Part shown: piece after piece, positions 60,697-64,000 of the stretch
Numbering within the stretch: the first letter of the stretch is position 1
How the letters are laid out: each line of letters opens with the position of its first letter
DNA from: Alphaproteobacteria bacterium
Lineage (GTDB): Bacteria > Pseudomonadota > Alphaproteobacteria > Rs-D84
DNA: 64,000 nt
NCBI GenBank assembly: GCA_024402715.1
Contig: JAKSTF010000002.1
Coordinates: 14,230 to 78,229 of the forward strand
Reading direction: 5' to 3'
The notes under the pieces: generated by a model
What the model was told of the DNA's origin: nothing
The model's input: the letters and a program-made list of their open reading frames with translations, nothing else
Databases searched by the model: none
Program-made: the position numbers and the translations under genes

Positions 60697-60726
60697 TATA
60701 TCACATTTAAGGCAAAATGTGATATA
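60697..60726. promoter_or_regulatory. perfect 12-bp-arm palindrome in the M4/M5 divergent promoter region
   Basis: tatatcacattt-aaggca-aaatgtgatata, centred in the 62-bp gap between the M4 start (60675) and the M5 start (60738). Confidence 0.7.
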
Positions 60727-60737
60727 CTTTAACATAA

Positions 60738-62693
60738 ATGAATGTGTTAAAAAAATTTTGGGCTGTTTTTTTGTCGTTTTTGCCGTTTTCTGCGGGGGCA
60801 ATTGCACCTGTTGTTATTGGGGGGATTGCTGGGTTGGGGCTGATCGCAGGTTTTTCATTGTATCGTACGTATGTGCCTGCCGATATGTCCAGTGCATTAA
60901 ATTTTTTTACCAGTTGTTGGTCATGCCAAATGTTTTCTGATATATTGGCGGTTTTATCTAAAATTGCTGCAAATGCATACACCGGTATTGGAATGGTTTT
61001 AGTTCCTATATCTGCTGGGTTGTGTGCTGTATGGTTCGCATGGAATATATTTTCGGGTTTTTTAAACGCAAAAATTGATGACCCGTGGCGGGTTACTGAA
61101 ATGTTTACAACACAGTTAATAAAGTTAGGGGTTGTATTGGCGTTATTATTAGCCCCATTACCACGTTTGATGTCAAATATTGTTTTTGAACCGTTGTTTA
61201 ATGTTGGATTGTCTGTAAATCATGTTATTACGGATAATGATTCATATGCAAATTGTCTTGTCGCAACTGCGCTGGTCGATGCGGTGTCGGCTGATGGAGA
61301 AAAATTGGATGATTTTGGGGCATATCCCGTGCGTTTGCGGCATAATTTGGCATGTGAAATTGGTAATGTTCATCAAATGACAGGATTGGGAATGACGGTT
61401 GGGTGGACAATGTTGAATATGGCATTTGATGCGGATTATATGCATAAAATTGCCGATACAGTTCCAATTTTTCCAAACGTTGTAATGTTTTTTGTGGGAT
61501 TGGCGATAATGGTATTGTTTTTCTGGGCAATGTTACCTGTGCCAATGTATTTTTTGGAAATATTTTTAGAGTTAACGTTGGATTTAATAATGTTGCCTTT
61601 GGCATTTTTTTCGTGGTTGTTTAAAGGGTGGAAAATATTTCCCGGAATGGGCGCTAAAGATATTCGGGGTATCGTAAATGATGTTGTTAAAAATACTGTT
61701 GGAATTGCAATGGTGTGTGTATTCATAACATTTGCGATTATGTTGTTAAATGCGATGTTTGGGACGTGGAATGGGGCCGATACATTGCAGGTCGCATTAC
61801 AACAAAACGATTCGAAATTGTTGATAGATGGTATGAATATGCGTAATGACAGTTTGTTGGTCATTGTAATGTTAGGGATATTTATTGCCATGTTTATGAC
61901 GATGATACCAACATTGGTTAAAACATTATTTGCAAATGTTGCAATTCCAGAAAAGATGTTTAATAACGCAATATCAGATTTTAAAATTTTGGCGGATAAG
62001 GTTAAAACGTGGATTGATAAGGCACGTGGTATCAATAATACCAATACCACGGGTGGTGGAACGGATGGTGGAACATCTGGTGGTGGCGGTGGCGGCGGTA
62101 ATTCCAGCGGTGGTACACAAAATAACATTGTATTTTTAAATTGGTTGCAAAGTGATGGACGGGCATATATTAATACCGGATTTGTTCCGGATGGAACATC
62201 AGGCATTCGTTTGTATGTTGATGGTGATTCGTCCCGAACGGCGATGCGGGCATTTGTAGGAACCTGTACATCACGAACAGATTCGAATTCTAAATGGGGA
62301 ATTGGGGCCACCGCAGATATATTTTTTGGATGGAATGGTGTCGAATATGGCACGTCACCTGTTGCGGTTGGGGGACGTGTAAAAATAGATGTTAATTATA
62401 AAAATGATAACTTATGCAAAGTTGATGATACAACCATATTTAATATTACAGATTCGTTAAATCCCGGTGGTTCGGGTTGGCCTGCGTATATATTTGGATA
62501 TAATGCAAATGGATATGATTCTGATTCGGTTTGTTGGGATAGAATTTATCAAGTTGTATTTACCCGTGGTGGGCGTGTTGTTCATGATTTTAGGCCGGCA
62601 CGGCGCATTTCTGATAATGTGTTGGGAATGTATGATGTTGAAAGTGGACAGTTTTTTGTAAATTCTGGCAGCGGTTCATTTGTCGCAGGATAA
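60738..62693 (+). CDS. polytopic membrane protein M5 (VirB6/TrbL-like, tentative) fused via poly-Gly to a C-terminal beta-rich domain
   Basis: 651 aa with a signal peptide, the C-W-x-C motif, a TM bundle with LIMLPLAFFSWLFKGW, the linker TTGGGTDGGTSGGGGGGGNSSGG, and a soluble domain of about 190 aa ending NSGSGSFVAG. Confidence 0.5.
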   Translation: MNVLKKFWAVFLSFLPFSAGAIAPVVIGGIAGLGLIAGFSLYRTYVPADMSSALNFFTSCWSCQMFSDILAVLSKIAANAYTGIGMVLVPISAGLCAVWFAWNIFSGFLNAKIDDPWRVTEMFTTQLIKLGVVLALLLAPLPRLMSNIVFEPLFNVGLSVNHVITDNDSYANCLVATALVDAVSADGEKLDDFGAYPVRLRHNLACEIGNVHQMTGLGMTVGWTMLNMAFDADYMHKIADTVPIFPNVVMFFVGLAIMVLFFWAMLPVPMYFLEIFLELTLDLIMLPLAFFSWLFKGWKIFPGMGAKDIRGIVNDVVKNTVGIAMVCVFITFAIMLLNAMFGTWNGADTLQVALQQNDSKLLIDGMNMRNDSLLVIVMLGIFIAMFMTMIPTLVKTLFANVAIPEKMFNNAISDFKILADKVKTWIDKARGINNTNTTGGGTDGGTSGGGGGGGNSSGGTQNNIVFLNWLQSDGRAYINTGFVPDGTSGIRLYVDGDSSRTAMRAFVGTCTSRTDSNSKWGIGATADIFFGWNGVEYGTSPVAVGGRVKIDVNYKNDNLCKVDDTTIFNITDSLNPGGSGWPAYIFGYNANGYDSDSVCWDRIYQVVFTRGGRVVHDFRPARRISDNVLGMYDVESGQFFVNSGSGSFVAG

Positions 62694-62768
62694 AAAAATA
62701 AAAAATCAAGTCATTTATTCAACCTGGGGGACTTTTTTATAAAAGTTAAATTTGATATAATTCACAGC

Positions 62769-63281
62769 ATGAAGCAATTTCCGATTCTTTATTGGCCACA
62801 CAAGACAACTGGTGATTCGGATTATCAGATGTCCCGCAGAATCATAAATGCCAATACTGGTGTTATGCCGGATGTTATTATGGGGGATATTGATTTGGCG
62901 GCTGTGTTAAATGAAAATCCAAATGCGGCCATTTATTATCCTGTTTTTTGTGAATCAACCGGATGGTGGGGGGAATTGTTGGGCAGTGATGCCGTTGTCA
63001 CTGATAAAGTTATAATTTCCTCAGAATGTCAATTGATGGTTATTGAAAAACAGGCGGTTGTGCATAAACATATGGGGGCAAACCACTTGTTGGCAGCAGA
63101 AATTCACCCCAGCAGTGGCTTTTTCAAAAAAATGAATTCTGGCATTGCAACCGTTGCAGATATGTTGGCAACAGATACAGGCACAATATTAGCATTATTT
63201 TCAGGTAAGAATCAAACCCAGTTCGTAAATATTTTAGAATCGACTGGGAATTCTTATTTAGGGTGTATTGGACGGTATTAA
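62769..63281 (+). CDS. hypothetical cytoplasmic protein
   Basis: 170-aa ORF with no signal peptide or recognised motif. Confidence 0.45.
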   Translation: MKQFPILYWPHKTTGDSDYQMSRRIINANTGVMPDVIMGDIDLAAVLNENPNAAIYYPVFCESTGWWGELLGSDAVVTDKVIISSECQLMVIEKQAVVHKHMGANHLLAAEIHPSSGFFKKMNSGIATVADMLATDTGTILALFSGKNQTQFVNILESTGNSYLGCIGRY

Positions 63282-63354
63282 TTTTATTAAATTCTTGATT
63301 TTTTGAAAAATATTTGTATAATCTGGGCGCTATTTAAAATAAAAAGGGTATAAT

Positions 63355-63570
63355 ATGAAAAAAGGTATTCATCCTGAATATTATGAAATCAACGTCACAC
63401 GTACTGACGGAAAAACAGTAAAAATGTATTCATCTGTTAAAAAAGATTTGGTTTTATCTACGGATAATTTGAATCATTCGGCGTGGACTGGTCAACGTTC
63501 AAACGCCGCCGAAAAAGGGCAACGTGTTGCTAAATTTAAAGGCAAATTCGCTGGGTTTGGCGATTTGTAA
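63355..63570 (+). CDS. rpmE: 50S ribosomal protein L31 (Cys-less, alpha-type)
   Basis: MKKGIHPEYYEINV...HSAWTGQ...RVAKFKGKF. The zinc-binding CxxC motifs are absent. Confidence 0.9.
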   Translation: MKKGIHPEYYEINVTRTDGKTVKMYSSVKKDLVLSTDNLNHSAWTGQRSNAAEKGQRVAKFKGKFAGFGDL

Positions 63571-63594
63571 AGATATTAACTGTATTGGGATTGG

Positions 63595-64000
63595 ATGGGG
63601 CATACAATGGAATTGTTGATTAAGGGTTCAACAGAATTGAACAAGATGTTTATGGCGTTGCAACGTACGGCATCTGGTTTACGTCGTGATTTTGGCGAAG
63701 TTGAAAATTTACAACAATCATTACGTGGTGCACGTGATTTTGTACAAAAGGCGTCCCAACGAATCGAAGAAAGTATTTTATCTGACCTGCGGTTGGTACG
63801 TCCGGCGGCGGGTTTGTTGACGTCAAATGTGTCTTTGTCGGGTGATGGTCGGGATGAATTTGTTTTGGCGTTATCTGGGGCGTCAAATTTTGTTCGTGCA
63901 AACCCACATTTTGCTATATCGTTGGCATTGCGTTCCAATGATGAAACAAAGATTGCATTGGTGTATTCACCGATTGATGAACGTCTGTATTATGCAGAAG
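63595..64000 (+). CDS. inositol monophosphatase/SuhB-family protein, 5' part (open to window end), active-site motifs degenerate
   Basis: Open frame from the ATG at 63595 (or 63607) to the window end. It is not in the ORF track because no stop is reached. RDFGEVENLQ...DFVQKA...NFVRANPHFAISLAL...VYSPIDERLYYAE aligns with the SuhB N-terminal half. Confidence 0.75.
   Translation, partial: MGHTMELLIKGSTELNKMFMALQRTASGLRRDFGEVENLQQSLRGARDFVQKASQRIEESILSDLRLVRPAAGLLTSNVSLSGDGRDEFVLALSGASNFVRANPHFAISLALRSNDETKIALVYSPIDERLYYAE

Noticed and set aside
61436-62353. A 305-aa minus-strand ORF antisense to M5, and a 156-aa plus-strand ORF at 60194..60664 antisense to M4.
   Set aside because: The sense-strand proteins form a coherent paralogous family with TM topology. 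The antisense translations are Ile/Asn/Pro-rich low-complexity sequence, and the poly-Gly linker reads as poly-Pro.

Overview
This is a visibly AT-rich chromosomal segment from a Gram-negative bacterium. The 16S sequence, alpha-type L31, DUF4167, ZitP-like and Pal/LpxD/Skp content suggest an alphaproteobacterium, but that is inference and no search was run. About two thirds of the window is ordinary housekeeping. This includes recF, a MacAB/TolC-type efflux operon, tRNA-Cys, infC (ATT start), pal, xseB, mutS, truB, rpsO, accBC, rnpA-yidD and mreB. It also includes a complete 16S-tRNAIle-23S-5S operon, rplU-rpmA, recG, fabZ-lpxD-skp, dnaX, rluD, rpmE and a suhB-like gene. Several accessory blocks that I cannot assign to named systems are interleaved with this.

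1. Three dispersed giant secreted Cys-rich proteins (16776-18983, 32768-34978, 50844-53951) are built from identically spaced C-x6-C modules behind Arg/Ser/Thr-rich low-complexity tracts.
2. A pilus-like block holds one small pilin-like gene inside the dnaX operon, plus three translationally coupled 400-450 aa proteins with prepilin-type N-termini. These are followed by a ZitP-like zinc-ribbon/DUF3426 protein.
3. Five paralogous polytopic membrane proteins (55488-62693) look like VirB6/TrbL-type proteins. Four are tightly coupled. One is divergent and fused through poly-Gly to a beta-rich C-terminal domain of a type I know from prophage tail-fibre-like proteins. A perfect 12-bp palindrome sits in the divergent promoter.
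4. Next to that array is a RhuM/Fic-Doc gene bracketed by CACTG-containing repeats.

No CRISPR array, transposase or integrase was seen. All family calls come from motif recognition by eye; no database search was possible.
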